Shown: piece by piece, positions 12,490 to 26,140 of the stretch | Layout: every line of letters starts with the position of its first letter | Position numbering within the stretch: the stretch's first letter is position 1 | Origin: Octopus bimaculoides | Lineage: Eukaryota | Length of the DNA: 64,000 bases | Assembly (NCBI RefSeq): GCF_001194135.2 | Contig: NC_068985.1 | Coordinates: 40,163,235-40,227,234, forward strand | Reading direction: 5' to 3' | Position numbers and translations under genes: made by a program | The notes under the pieces: generated by a model | What the model saw: only the letters and a program-made list of their open reading frames with translations | The model's database searches: none | Told to the model about the DNA's origin: nothing

Positions 12490-13960
12490 GCAACATGACA
12501 ATTTATAGCAAAAGACTTTATTAATGTTGAGCTGCTGCTGATTATGACATGACAGCTGAGGCAACAAACTTTTTTTATAAAAGGCAACAAACTTTTTTTA
12601 TAAAAGTAGCTTCCAATTATGGCCACGGCCAAATATAATTTGTTTTTTAACAAAAAGTAGCTACATGATGTTTCTATCCAAAATTCCATGGAAAAAGAGG
12701 ACTTGTCACATGCACATATTTGATTTACAAATAAAATTTCAATTTAATCAAAATTGATTCCATCACATCAACAGTTTCCTGATGGAAAAGGGAAGAGCTC
12801 TTCAGTATAGTTAAATCCAAGTGGCTCATGGTCCCTGTAGTGTCTTCAACAAAAAGTCACCTTGTATGAAAAGCAACAAATACACCAAAGAGTTTCCAGG
12901 ATTACTTAACAAGAAGACCTAAATAGAAGATTGCAATCCTTGATACAGAAGAAGTAAAGAGGTTTAAAACTTCCAAACTTTGGTTGGTAGCCCAAAATTT
13001 ACAATGGATGTATAGTTCCCTACTTCCTACCCCTACTGAGACATTTAATAAAAATCAATTTTGAGTTCTGCAATTCAATAAAGTTCATCAAATACATCTG
13101 TACATATAATCATCAAGAGATCTAATGCTGCAATGTTTGCTCTGACACTGCAAAACAGGTTTGATGAAGTTACCCAAATACCAGCAAAGTAAAGCAATGG
13201 CAATGCATCTTCAGCAATGAGGCATTCTGATGCTTTTTCACCTTTTTTATTCATAAAGAAACCTTAGCATTCAACAACTTGTCCATACAGAAAATTTTCA
13301 GTACATTTACTTCACTCATGAAACTACCACACAAGCATAAGGTCTAAGAGACACAATGCTTACAGCTTTTGCAAGCTGTAGCAGTATTAGCCCCTTACAG
13401 AAACGTTGTATTTTCAAATTCCTTTCTGTTATAAAGGGGACAACAAGCAAGACAAGGAATGCAAAGTGTTCCTGCTGAAACTAACTTGCCATGAAGTCTG
13501 ACTGCGTCATTGGAAGAGAGTACACTGTACACATGAATGCTTTTTTCTTTGACTTCTCCATAAAATGTGGAGTTGAAGTTCATTTCAAGATCTTTGAATG
13601 GTAAAGAGCAAATTTTGCACCACCTATATGCTTTATACTTGGATTACTAGATGATAGTGGCCAGTAGGGTACAACATAATCAGTAACTTCTATATACGAC
13701 ACAGTGAAAAGGCCTAGTGTTCTTTTCACTATGCTGTTAAAATGATGGGAACCATCCATCTAGTCCACTTCAACTTTGGCTAAAAATTTAAAGCATCAAG
13801 CTCAGCAAATGTATCCCATCATGGAAATATGGTACACAGATGAAACTGACAATGCAGCCTCCATCAACAAGCTCAAGAATATAAATAACAATAACACCTC
13901 CCTCCACTTAACTATACTGAATTTAACAATGTACCAGCAGAAATTTTGTACTCTTTTTAT
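12490..13960 (+). mobile_element. Helitron RepHel pseudogene fragment (Rep/HUH domain and Rep-helicase linker)
   Basis: Frameshifted peptides in the expected order: LSHAHI (HUH), AHGPCSVFNKKSPCMKSNKYTKEFPG (12824 onward), YRR, NGCIVPYF...INFEFCNSIKFIKYIC (13003 onward), DEVTQ, SSNEAF*, VHTENFQYIYFT, IGREYTVH, LLHK..SSFQDL, LGLLDDSGQ*. All match conserved Helitron Rep blocks. Confidence 0.9.
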
Positions 13961-14484
13961 GTAAATTCCTTGGCTACTGGGCAAGTGCAGTACTAATTAC
14001 ACCTATTCAAGCAGGAACACATATCCATGAATGTACTCTTATCTTCAGACAATAAGCCTGCCATCTTCCTTAATGGCATGTCAGCTTTGGAGAATTTTTG
14101 ATTCTTGAGATTATCTCCCTTTCTTATATGGAGCTCGTCTTAATTGCTATTTGGTAATTATGACACATCTTCATGAGGCAGAGATAACTTTAATAAATCA
14201 AGAATTTATGTTGTATGGTATTTGACATATTTGTATTTGTCTATGTTGTTCACAAACATTGGTCACTCTGAGTTATTTCTCTTAGATGATCATTTTTGTT
14301 TACACACACACACCCACACACACACACACAATAGCTGGAAGGCGTACTGGATATAATGCATGATAATTCATAATTTTGGATATATCCATCATGGACAGAG
14401 AAAATAAAAGAAAATCTAGCATTAACTGATTTTCAGCAGCTCTGAATGAGAATGGGAAATAATTTCAAGGACTGGCACCCATGC

Positions 14485-15115
14485 CAACCTTTCCTTCATT
14501 GGACACTAAACTCTGCTTGCGAAGACCTGTTGGGGCAAGTGAAATCAAAATCGTAATTGAACCTGTGCCAGTGGAGCGCTAAAAGCACCGTCCGAGCGTG
14601 ATCATTGCCAGAGCAGCTGTCTGGCTTCCGTGCCAGTGGCACCGAAATCATAACTGAACCAAATTCGATGACTGGCACCTGTCCCAGTGGAGCGCTAATA
14701 GCACCATCTGAGCATGATCATTGCCGGAGCAGCTGTCTGGCTTCTGTGCTAGCGGCACGTAAATAGCACCATTCGAGCGTGATCGTTACCAACGTCGCCT
14801 TACTAGCACGTGAAAAAACATTCAAGCGAGGTCATTGCCAGTGCCGCTGGACTGGCTCTTGTACAGGTGGTATGTAAAATACACCATTTTGAGCGTGGCC
14901 ATTGTCAGTACTGCCTGACTGGCCCTTGTACTGGTGGCACGTAAAAGCACCCACTACACTCTCGGAGTGGTTATAGTTAGGGAGGGCATCCAGCTGTAGA
15001 AACTCTGCCAGATCAGACTGGAGCCTGGTGCAGCCATCTGGTTCGCCAGTCCTCAGTCAAATCATCTAACCCATGCTAGATGGAAAGCGGACATTAAACG
15101 ATGATGATGATGATG
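14485..15115 (+). mobile_element. RTE-LINE 3' UTR/tail with tandem sub-repeats, ending in (GAT)n
   Basis: Same sequence family as the UTRs that follow RTE coding ends at 38210-38700 and 54860-55159. Confidence 0.85.
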
Positions 15116-16268
15116 AAAGAAAGTATTTTCATTTCAGAGGCAAAGAACAGTTATGGATTCAGACAGACTCTATAGGGGGTCACTGGCGTTGTAATATCTT
15201 TCTCACCTCTGAATCAGAGGTAGGTATTTGACTTAAACAAAAAGAGCAGGAAATATACACGACTTGAATATTGAGTATATATTTCCACTATAAAATGGTC
15301 TCAAAGGCTATAAGGTTCAGATCTTTCTAATATGAGAGGAAAAAATGGTTTCTCATACTTGAAAACCAATTCTTTTCTTTGTGAATTAAAATTTAATCCT
15401 ATCCTACTAATATCTTACTGGTTGTTAATACTGATCTTTCATTAATAAAGGTACAAACCAAACATTATGTTAGAAATGGGTTTGACAGCAAAGCCTGGAT
15501 TAAGCCAAATAATGGAATGTTGATAAAATTCATACGGAAGACCTACTTTGGGTAAAATTGGAAGACAGTCAAGAGAACTGGGGTAGTTTCAACTTAATGG
15601 ACAGTAGAGAGGAACGTAAGAACAAAGAAGAATCAGTTGCCTTGTGGCAAGTGATGGCCACAGGTAAAAACCTGTTAAAGACCTCAAACTCTTTCACAAC
15701 CCAAGTATGCTGATAGAGGAAAATCTGTTAAAATGTAAACTATAATAAACAACCCTGGCCTTTACTTCTACATAGGATATTTGCATCACAGACAGTAACG
15801 TATATCAAATATACAATGTATCTGACAGATTGGATACATATACAAATGCACACATCGGCCGTGAGAATGACCCAATAAGAGAGGTACAATTTTGTCTCTC
15901 AGCCTGCTACAAATGGTAGTCAAACTCCAATCATAGCCTACAATCCTAAAACAGGACGGGCACATTGGATAATGTAGTCCTAGAGAAACTTCAACTTCAT
16001 CTAGCTTTCTGCTAGATCAAAAGCTACAATGAGAAGTTGTCTAGACATCAGCAAAGGAAATATTAATATTTTGGGAATGTTACTTACGAAAATATTCTAT
16101 AGGCAGATTCATCTTTTCCATGGTCCATAATTATGTTTCAAACTAAATAGGCCACAAATAAACTCCAGCTTTATGAAATCCTTTGCCTCAGAAAAAATTT
16201 ATCATTTTATACATATATGACTTAATTATCTTCAAATTATGTAATTAATTAACTTATATCAAAGGCTA

Positions 16269-16335
<67 letters not shown>

Positions 16336-16496
16336 TAGTAGCCATACCCAGCCTTGCTTGGATAAATTAATATCTAAACTGTGACAATGTTCAGTTGATC
16401 AAGGAAATGTTAATTCACTCAGCAATGTTGCATTGAAGGCAGCTAAAAGATGGTTTAAATTATGTTTCATTAGAATATGCAAAATAAATAAATATA

Positions 16497-16906
16497 GGCG
16501 TAGGAGTAGCTGTGTGGTAAGTAGCTTGCTTACGAACCACATGGTTCCGGGTTCAGTCCCACTGNNNNNNNNNNNNNNNNNNNNNNNNNNNNNNNNNNNN
16601 NNNNNNNNNNNNNNNNNNNNNNNNNNNNNNNNNNNNNNNNNNNNNNNNNNNNNNNNNNNNNNNNNNATATGTATGTGTTTGTATATGTTTGTGTGTCTGT
16701 ATTTGTCTCCCCAACATCGCTTGACAACCGATGCTGGTGTGTTTACGTCCCCGTAACTTAGTGGTTTGGCAAAAGAGACCAACAGAATAAGTACTAGGCT
16801 TACAAAGAATAAGTCCTGGGGTCAATTTGCTCGACTAAAGGCAGTGCTCCAGCATGGCCACAGTCACATGACTGAAACAAGTAAAAGAGTAAAAGAGTAA
16901 AGAGAG
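16497..16906 (+). mobile_element. tRNA-derived SINE, family A (N gap inside)
   Basis: Head taggagtagctgtgtggtaag...ggttcagtccc and tail gtaaaagagtaaaagag, nearly identical to the copy at 59926. Confidence 0.9.
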
Positions 16907-17149
16907 TATAGGACCTAAAATATAATCTTGTTCTTGCAATTTAAAACATTTTCTCAGACTACATACATTTTATTCAAAATGCTGTACTTATTTATATAAA
17001 TATTCTGTATCAATTATTATTTTTTAATTAGTAACTTTTTCTAATGTGTATTACAGTGCTTATAGTTATACAGTATGTTTAGTTCCAATGTTTCTGCCTG
17101 AAGCCAAAGAAGATAATGATAATCTCGGATATTAGTTATGATGATTATG

Positions 17150-17350
17150 ATTCTCATCATTGTTTAAAAGCACACCTTCCATCCTGGCATAGGTTGGATG
17201 ATTCAACAGGAACCAATAAGCAAGAGGACTATGCTGAATTCCAGCTTTGGCCTGGATTCTACAGCCAGATGACCTTCCCAATGCCAACCGCTTTATAGAA
17301 TATGCTAGGTGCCTTTTTTTTATGGTCCTAACGCTACTGAGGTCACCAAA
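17150..17350 (-). mobile_element. Degenerate RTE-tail-related short repeat
   Basis: Similar to the reverse complement of 38830-39135. Confidence 0.55.
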
Positions 17351-20300
17351 TACTTGCAAGATAAGACACCGCAACTAAATGAGTTATAGATTTTCTTGAA
17401 AATACGTGGCCATATGCACAATCTCAGCTACATAGGTGAAAAACCGTAGACTACAACTTGGAACACACACACACACACACACAAGCTGAGTAAATTAGAA
17501 ATCTGAGCAAGATATATCTATAGTTAAATATATATTTGTGTGTGTATATCTGTATTATATTTTAGTTGACATATTTGTGAGAAATTTTAAAACAAAAAAA
17601 CTAAGTAACTAACTGAGCACAAGTCAACAGTTGGAACTCATAGTTTACACACAGATAACTGGTTAAAGATACATAAAATACCTTCCATGTTTGACATTGC
17701 AAAATATTAATTTCTAACAGAGTTATGCGGCCTCAAATATAATGTGCAGTCAATTATATCGACACCAGTGCTTCACTGGTACTTTATTTTTATCTCTGTC
17801 TGGAAGGATGAAAGACAACTCAGAATGTACCACAAAGCATTCTGTCCCATGATTTACTTGATTCTGTCAATCTACATACAACCCTCTATAAGATCTCAAT
17901 TGCAGAAGATTCCTTTTTGTTTAGTTTTGTTTTAACTATTTACTTCTGTTCCTCCATATCTGAAATATATATTAACTAAAATGTTGAGAAAATGTTAACA
18001 TACCAAATGCAGGGAGCATTAAGAGGCTAACTACAAATAATTATACTGAGAGGGAAAAACAAAATTAGTCATTGGCTAATATTGTTTGGGTCAGTAAAGT
18101 ATGGGAAACAACTCCAGATATATATATATATATATATATATATAGCCTCATCAGTGAAGCATATCCTTTGCCATACTTACTGAAGTAGTGATGGGAGAAT
18201 CATTAAATAAACATACAAGAATGTAACTGGTCCATATAGAAAATTAGAATTGTTTCAAGAATAAATAACTCTGAGGATGGTTTATTTATTGGAGCAAATT
18301 GTTTTAATAAATGAAAACTCTTTCTGCCACTAATCAGTGAACTATGAAGTAGGAGTCTTTTGTTCAGTCAGAGAAACTAAAGTGACAGATTTTGTAGTAG
18401 TACAACTCTATGACAGAAATAAGATAAGTATTTTGTTAAAGGAAATACTGTTGCAGCTGGGTGTCATGCCAATTGCTGCAAAACTTAATTCATCAGTTAG
18501 ACAAACTGAGACAAGCAGAGTTATGAGCCTTACTTAAAAACACTACAATGGTTGTAGTAAAATTTGTGATGAATTATGTCTGTAAACAAAAGTGTTTTAG
18601 TTATGAACAACTTGTCATAACTAAGCCTACTCAATACATGACTAAATTATCCAACACAGTTTTCATTTTTTTTTTAAATAGTAGGATGTGATTTGTAGGA
18701 GACCCAACTGCTATTTCTAACTGGTTCCTAGTAAGATTTGTATAAACAGATTGTAGGAAGTAACCTATAGCCTTAAATTTACAGATATTGTGCCTCATAC
18801 AAATTTATTGGAAAAATTAAGAAGTAAAACATAATTTTAACAACAAAGTATTTGACAGAAGCACTTATTTTAAATTAGAATATGCCAGCTATTTTAGATA
18901 AAGGCAATACAAATAATGATCTAAGGCAAGAAATTTGTAATGAAGAAGCCTAGTTGATTGTATTACCCTTCAGTACATGGCTGATACTTATTTTATTGAC
19001 ACCAAAAAGACTAATAAAGTTGCTTCTAATGAGATATAAACTGCCATGTATTTAGTTTAATAGTCTGTAAAAATTTAATTTAGTTTAAGGGAAGTGGTAG
19101 TATACATTTCAATATGTAGTGCAACAAAAATATTTTGAGAGAAAAGACAATAAAAACTACTTAAAACATTGCATATTTCTTGAAATCTGCAACAATGGCA
19201 CCTAACATTTTGAATTTTAAATCTTCTACTCAACTACTGACTCTGTCATATAACGCCTTTAGCTCATTCTTAGAAGTTGACTCTCACAAATTGAGAAACC
19301 TCTACTCAATCACTCAACTTACTAGAAAGAACATCCAAATCACCTACAAAGTCGTCTTCAAGAAAGTAAAGACAAATTAGGTAACGTAATTCTGGTATTG
19401 GGTGATGGGGTACCTATAAGGCTGGAACAACTTTGATCTAAATCTTCTTGATCACGGTTGATCAGAGATTAAACATCAGCAAATCTACATAAAAATAGCC
19501 AAGGATCATCTATATGATCATTTGACTCGGTAGAAATAGCAGTCAAAATCCCATAAAACCAACTCAAATGTCATGGAAAAAAAAAAGAAGCAAAAGATGG
19601 ATAATATAGATTGAGATAAACTATATTTATAAAAAAAGAAAGAAGATAACCTGGTCTCAACAGGAATGCTTATGATCATACTCAATCAGACCTGACCTGA
19701 TGTTAACAGCAATCTATTCAAATCTTTCTCTATGACTCAATACCTACATACTCATGAAGTCATTAATACACACATTAGCTAAGATAGATTTATTAATGGG
19801 TTTCTTTTATTAACCATTTCTCTTTAATTACTACTTAATAATTGAAAGCAAACACATTTACTATTGTTGTTGCTTTCATTTGTAGTTATTACATGAAAAA
19901 CATTATATGATACACACACACATTTCTCCTACTCTCTCTCTCTCTCTCTCTCNNNNNNNNNNNNNNNNNNNNNNNNNNNNNNNNNNNNNNNNNNNNNNNN
20001 NNNNNNNNNNNNNNNNNNNNNNNNNNNNNNNNNNNNNNNNNNNNNNNNNNNNNNNNNNNNNNNNNNNNTATATATATATATATATATCATCATTATCATC
20101 ATCATAGTTTTTACATCTGCTTCTCTAAGAAGGTATGGGTTGAATGAGACTTTTGGAAGTCCTGTTTAAAAGCCAGATGGTTTTTCTTTAAATAAACCCT
20201 TTTAATTGCCTGTTACAGTTTACCAGAATACAATATACCTATTCTTAACACACATATACACGCACACACACGTTTGTATGTGTGTATATTGACATACAAA

Positions 20301-20369
20301 CATTTTATGAGTATGTACATACCAACATACATTGTATAGAGAGAAAACAACAACTAGAAACTTTTATGA

Positions 20370-20410
<41 letters not shown>

Positions 20411-20869
20411 GAAGGTTTTGAAGATCATGTTCCACAAAATTCATTTAGATGAAGAAGTTATTTACTTTAAAACAAGCTCACATACAATTAAGTTCAAAGT
20501 ATATGATATTGAAATCTTTTTTTGCTATAGAGTTACTTAAATTCAAAGTAATACAACTTCATCTGCTGTGTGAGACTATTTCCTGTTGTCCGTTCAAGTA
20601 AGGGATTGGTCTTCTTCTGCCTTTTAAGATTAAAAGATTATGATAGATTCACCATACAACACTCCAATTCAATCAATGAGGGAACCTCTATGCAGCTGAT
20701 TACTGTGATAGAAATACCCATCAAATTCATTCAAATCACACACTACCTTCTTAAAAAAAGGGAAGGATGCAGTAACCATTGTAGGATTCATTAGCCACTC
20801 ACACAAAGACAAAGGAGTACAGAAGAATATGAAACAAAATGTGCACACAAAATCTTCCCTTTAGAACAG

Positions 20870-21250
20870 TATACTTTTTACTTCTTATTTGTTCCAGTCA
20901 TTATACTGTGGCCATACTGGGGCACCACCTGGAAGAATTTTAGTCAAACAAATCGACCGCAGTACTTACTTTTTAAAGCCTGGTACTTATTCTATTGGTC
21001 TTTTTCACCAAACTGCTAAGTTATGAGGATGTAAACACACTAACACTGGTTGTCAAGCAGTGATGGAGGAGAAACACAAGTACACACACACACAAGTTAC
21101 TTTCAGTTTTCATCTACCAAATCCACTCATAAGGCTTTGGTTGGCCTGAGGATATAGTAGAAGACATTTGTTCAAGGTGCCATGCAATAGGAATGAACAC
21201 AGAACCAAGTGGCTGGGAAGCAAACATTTTACAACACACCCACACCTGCA
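20870..21250 (-). mobile_element. tRNA-derived SINE, family A
   Basis: Reverse-complement match to the family A copy at 59926. Confidence 0.85.
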
Positions 21251-21349
21251 CCTAGCCTACAGTATATTAAAAATAAAATATGTCACAAACCTATACAACA
21301 GCAACAATAAGAAAGGACAGAAGAATCTTAACAGACTGAGAAAAGTATA

Positions 21350-21510
21350 TCATCATCATCATCATTATCAATTAACATCCGTTTTCCAAGCTGGCATGGG
21401 TTGGATGGTTTGATGGACTGGCTAGGCAGAAGACTGCCCCAGGTTTCACTGTCTGTTTTAGCAGGGCTTTTACGGCTGGATGCCCGTCCTAACCCCAATC
21501 ACCTTATGAC
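21350..21510 (-). mobile_element. RTE-tail-related short repeat
   Basis: catcatcat...aacatccgttttccaagctggcatgggttggatggtttg is the reverse complement of the RTE tail end. Confidence 0.75.
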
Positions 21511-21564
21511 TTTCAAGAAAAAATTTTCATGAATACTGTTTTCATATTTATATTTTTAAAAAAA

Positions 21565-21721
21565 GAGAGCACTGCTTCCCAACCATGTGAGTCTCAGATT
21601 CAGTTCCACTGCACAGCACCTTGGACAAGTCTTTTCTACTCTAGCCCTGGGCCAACAAAAGCCTTGTGAGTGGATCTGGTAGACAAAAACTGAAAGAAGC
21701 CTATGGTGTGTGTGCATGCAG

Positions 21722-21766
<45 letters not shown>

Positions 21767-21790
21767 CGCGTGCGTGCACACGCATGTGTG
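21565..21790 (+). mobile_element. tRNA-derived SINE, family A, 5' half
   Basis: cagttccactgcacagcaccttggacaagtcttttctact...gccttgtgagtggatctggtagac, followed by (GT)n. Confidence 0.85.
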
Positions 21791-24278
21791 TTTTCTGTGT
21801 ATCTTTCTCTTAACATCATCTATGATTGTAAACAAGCATCACCAACATACAAGTGGTGCTGTTCATTTCCAATTTTCAATGAAAAACATGTCCATGAGAA
21901 AATACCACCTAGCTTTGAAACAGGTGAGGTTTGATGACAAGAAGAACATCTGGTCATAGAAAATTCCCTCTGATGCCAAGCATAGATAAGTGGACATTAA
22001 GTGATGATGGTGTCTTCTTTATATAATCCAAATGAATTTTTGTAAGGGTGGGTGGGTATTATAATCAACTGAATTTACTGGAACTGTTATTATGTATTTA
22101 CTTTTTTACAAAATGACAAATGACACTTTATACAGGGACCCAATCTCTAGAAAAATTGCTTACATTTATATATCAACAAACTTTTTACTTTTAAAAAATC
22201 TTTTTTTATATTAACATTACTACAGTAAATACAGGACTGTTTTACAGCTTTTGTCAAATTTGCATGGTGGAGTGATTTTGTTGGAATAATTGTTTTATAA
22301 GTGTATAAATGCATTTCTTACAGCTACTAACTACTCAACCATGATATGAGAGTGCAGCTTGTGGTTTGATTATCAATTAAACTGGAGTAACCAAATGTGA
22401 ATTCTGGCATTTTAGTAGAGTCTTTCTTCAAAACTCACCTCTTAGATAATGTAGTTCTTGATACATATAGAGAAGAGGAATTAGTTGGTCACTAAAACAC
22501 CTCTGTTCATAAATCTTCTTACTCAGAGCTAGTCTGTGGCTGAATGATAACAACTTGGACATCTCACTTGCTTCAAATGATGAAAAACTGAATCAGTTCT
22601 AGTGGAATATGAATTCAGTACCAAAAAGAATGGAAAAATTACTGTAAACCCAGTGTTTCTGCCTGCCACCATCTCCTCTACTCCACTTGGAACATATCAA
22701 TAAAATCTTGATTTGATATTAAGTCAAAGGATATGGGGAAGTAGAAATTTTCCACAGAAAATTCTCAATACTGGAAATGAATCTATTCCAGCCAGATAAC
22801 AAAGATGGAAAGGTACAACTCAGTTGAATGTGAACTAACAAAACAGAAAATGTGAAACCAAAGAATGGAAAATGTGATACCCCACCACCACCATCACTTT
22901 AAAGGAATCTGTTCCAGGCATGGAACAAAACATACAACAAAGTGGTTGACTGACACAGTTCACTCTCAACACTAGAATCACAGAATATAAACTAAGGAAG
23001 ACAAAACGAAGAGTTTAGAAATAAGAGCAAGTTCTTTTGTTGAATATATTAATTGCAGCAATTACATTCCTGTCAGCCATGAGAGTGAGTAGGTGGTGGC
23101 AGTTAACTATTGCAATCTATAAAATGTGGTCTGTGTTTCCTTCATTTAACTTTAATGGGTTTACAATAAACCATCTTCTAAGATATGTTCTTTCTCTATT
23201 TTTGGCATTAGGTGTAGGAAAACAAAAATGAGATATTACAACAATGTTGCTGAATGCCATGTACATATTTAGTATGTACAAAAAAAAAAAGCCAAAGAAC
23301 CAGTAAGAATGCAAGACCAAGAAACAAAAAATGAATTTATATAAAATAACTGCAAAAATATTGAGTTGTATGGATAAGTCTTTCTTATAATAATAATAGT
23401 AGTAGCAGTGGTAATAAGTATGTAAAATACTGTCAATTACAGAATAAACATGCAATAAAGTTTAGTAGTTAATTAGTTGCAGGTTATAAAATGGCTTTAT
23501 TAATTAATTAATAACTCATTTCATTCACACAGAGTAGACATACATTACACAAATGACATGTCTCTCTTCTTCATGCACATACACACACACACATGCACAG
23601 GAGCCAGAACAATTTAGCAGTTAAGGTGCTTACATCAAAAAATTTGCAGGTCATATGCTCTAATTTGGTCATAAACATTTCCATTCCACATTTCATCACC
23701 CTTCACTTGTTGCACATCCAAGATACTGCACTAAACATTCACTCTATCCCTCTTCTCCAGAACTGCAACTACTTGGAAATTCACTCATTAACTACATTTC
23801 TGTTTACAGATATCCAAACTGAAGATCAACCACATCAATTACCTATGTCTGAGAGGGGGGGGGGCTGCAGAGCACAAGAGTGGTGCCCCTCCTATTACTT
23901 GGGAGGTGGTGATAGTAACATACACTACATTCAAATGTGATAGAGTTCAAAGTGGGGACTATACACTTCTACCCNNNNNNNNNNNNNNNNNNNNNNNNNN
24001 NNNNNNNNNNNNNNNNNNNNNNNNNNNNNNNNNNNNNNNNNNNNNNNNNNNNNNNNNNNNNNNNNNNNNNNNNNNNNNNNNNNNNNNNNNNNNNNNNNNN
24101 NNNNNNNNNNNNNNNNNNNNNNNNNNNNNNNNNNNNNNNNNNNNNNNNNNNNNNNNNNNNNNNNNNNNNNNNNNNNNNNNNNNNNNNNNNNNNNNNNNNN
24201 NNNNNNNNNNNNNNNNNNNNNNNNNNNNNNNNNNNNNNNNNNNNNNNNNNNNNNNNNNNNNNNNNNNNNNNNNNNNNN

Positions 24279-24317
<39 letters not shown>

Positions 24318-26074
24318 TGATTTTAAGGTCAAAGTTTAATGGCTCTCCATTGGTTTCAGTGAGGAGGATCCAGTTGTTTAATCAACTGATTTCACCTGCT
24401 CATTGAATTAGCATGTAAGTGGTTGACTATTCAACACACCCTTGGAAAGAATCAGTGTAACAAGGCTACACCTTTGAATAACAGGTACAATTTATCTGAC
24501 AGGCTTCTAAGCAGATTCTGGTCTAACCAATTTCACTCACAAGGCTCAGATTAACCAGGGCAACAATAGAAAACACTTGCCTAAGATATCACACAAGGAG
24601 TATCAAATCTGAGGACTTGTGATTGTAAAATGAATTTCTTAACCAATTGGCCATGATAAGGTAGGGTATAATTTCTACTTCAATATTTGTGCCACATTAT
24701 GCATTTATAAATTTAACATTGTTTTTAGGTAAGATATTTTAACTATAGTGTTCATTGTGTTAAGGTAAGAAAATGACATAGGTTGTATTTCATATACAAG
24801 GTCATAAATTTGTATAGTTGGTTTTATCAGTCCCAGTGTATTACTGTTTACACAACTTCACCTCTCTTATCAACCGATACTGACTTCTAACTTTGGTACA
24901 AAACTTGCACATTTCTAGGGATCAGTGACATCCTCTGTTAGACACATTATCAGATTAATATGGTATATATTCCAACTAATAGCTAGGTGTACTTTAGTAA
25001 AGTGTTTTGCCCAGAAACAGAATGGATCACCTGCAGTAAGCTTGAATTCACAATCTAGGAGAAAGGGGTTCAATACCTTGTTTACACAGTCATCTCACCT
25101 CTACATCATTTGGCTTCATATTGTTAGGTGTATGAAGGATAATTTTTCTCTCTGGAAAGAGTATCAGAATTAGAGTGAACAAGAGAGCCTCTTACATGTC
25201 TATACTAGATATAGCAGGAGTATTGTAGTCCGGGATGTACTATATGAGGTGGGGGCGAGATCAGGATGATGAAAGCTAGAAAACTTACGAACATAGATCA
25301 ACTAGATCAATGCTAACATGGTGCTAAACAACAGCAGCAACATAGCAGAATTACTGCAAACAACTAGACAAACTAGGGTATGTTTTCTGCACAAGCTCAC
25401 AATGGAATGCATGCAGTGGTCTTGATCTCAAGACCCACAAGCAGTTAGTTCCCTATCCATACAACTATTGTCATCAGCATAGTGATACTGAACTTCCTTT
25501 CTCTCTTCCAGGATCTATCTCCAACTATTACACTCCTTCACATAAGAGCAGCTATTATTCTTCATTATGCTAATGTAGCAATGATATTTCATTTTCATAT
25601 ATAATTTTAACAGTACTAAAAACATTAAGTAGTATTTACAGCCACTATTATTCATTTAGTGTTAGATTAATTATAAATAATTACTGAAGATACAAACAAA
25701 ATAGCAGCTATTTGTTTTAATTCTAAATATAATTTATATTTTTTATACAGACTTCTCTGAGGGAGATTCCCTTCCTCAGCTCAGTGGTTGAATGATTTCA
25801 CCATCTGCTAATTGCATCACTCCCTTCAACAAATCTAAGCAGCATTGATACTACCAGGGACTGTATTATTTTGTTCCATATTGTAGTGCATATCCCTTAA
25901 CAGTTTATATATGTAGCCACTTCACCAAACCAGGAGCAGCTAAAACCACTAAGTAATTATTTTGCTTTTACTTTTTGCAAATGATTTATTACTCATTCCC
26001 AGAATTTGTCTTTCTCTCACATGCCTCCGCAATACCCATGATGCAGTATTCTCTACTTACATCTGCAGTTCACA

Positions 26075-26140
26075 TATCTGGCATTGGACTTGAATAGCAG
26101 AAAGAGTTTTCTACTATTCATCTAAGTCCAATGCCAGATA
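26075..26140. other. 66-nt hairpin (pre-miRNA-like or mini-foldback)
   Basis: Perfect 17-bp stem 26075-26091/26124-26140, 4-nt bulge, 6-bp GAATAG/CTATTC, inner AGAAA/TTTCT. Confidence 0.5.

Noticed and set aside
14560-14960. Regularly spaced partly palindromic repeats resembling a CRISPR array
   Set aside because: Eukaryotic context, related spacers, no cas genes; they are RTE 3' UTR sub-repeats.
25757-25779. Minus-strand CTGAGGA followed by a 5-bp hairpin
   Set aside because: No GAAA after the stem; a simple hairpin only.
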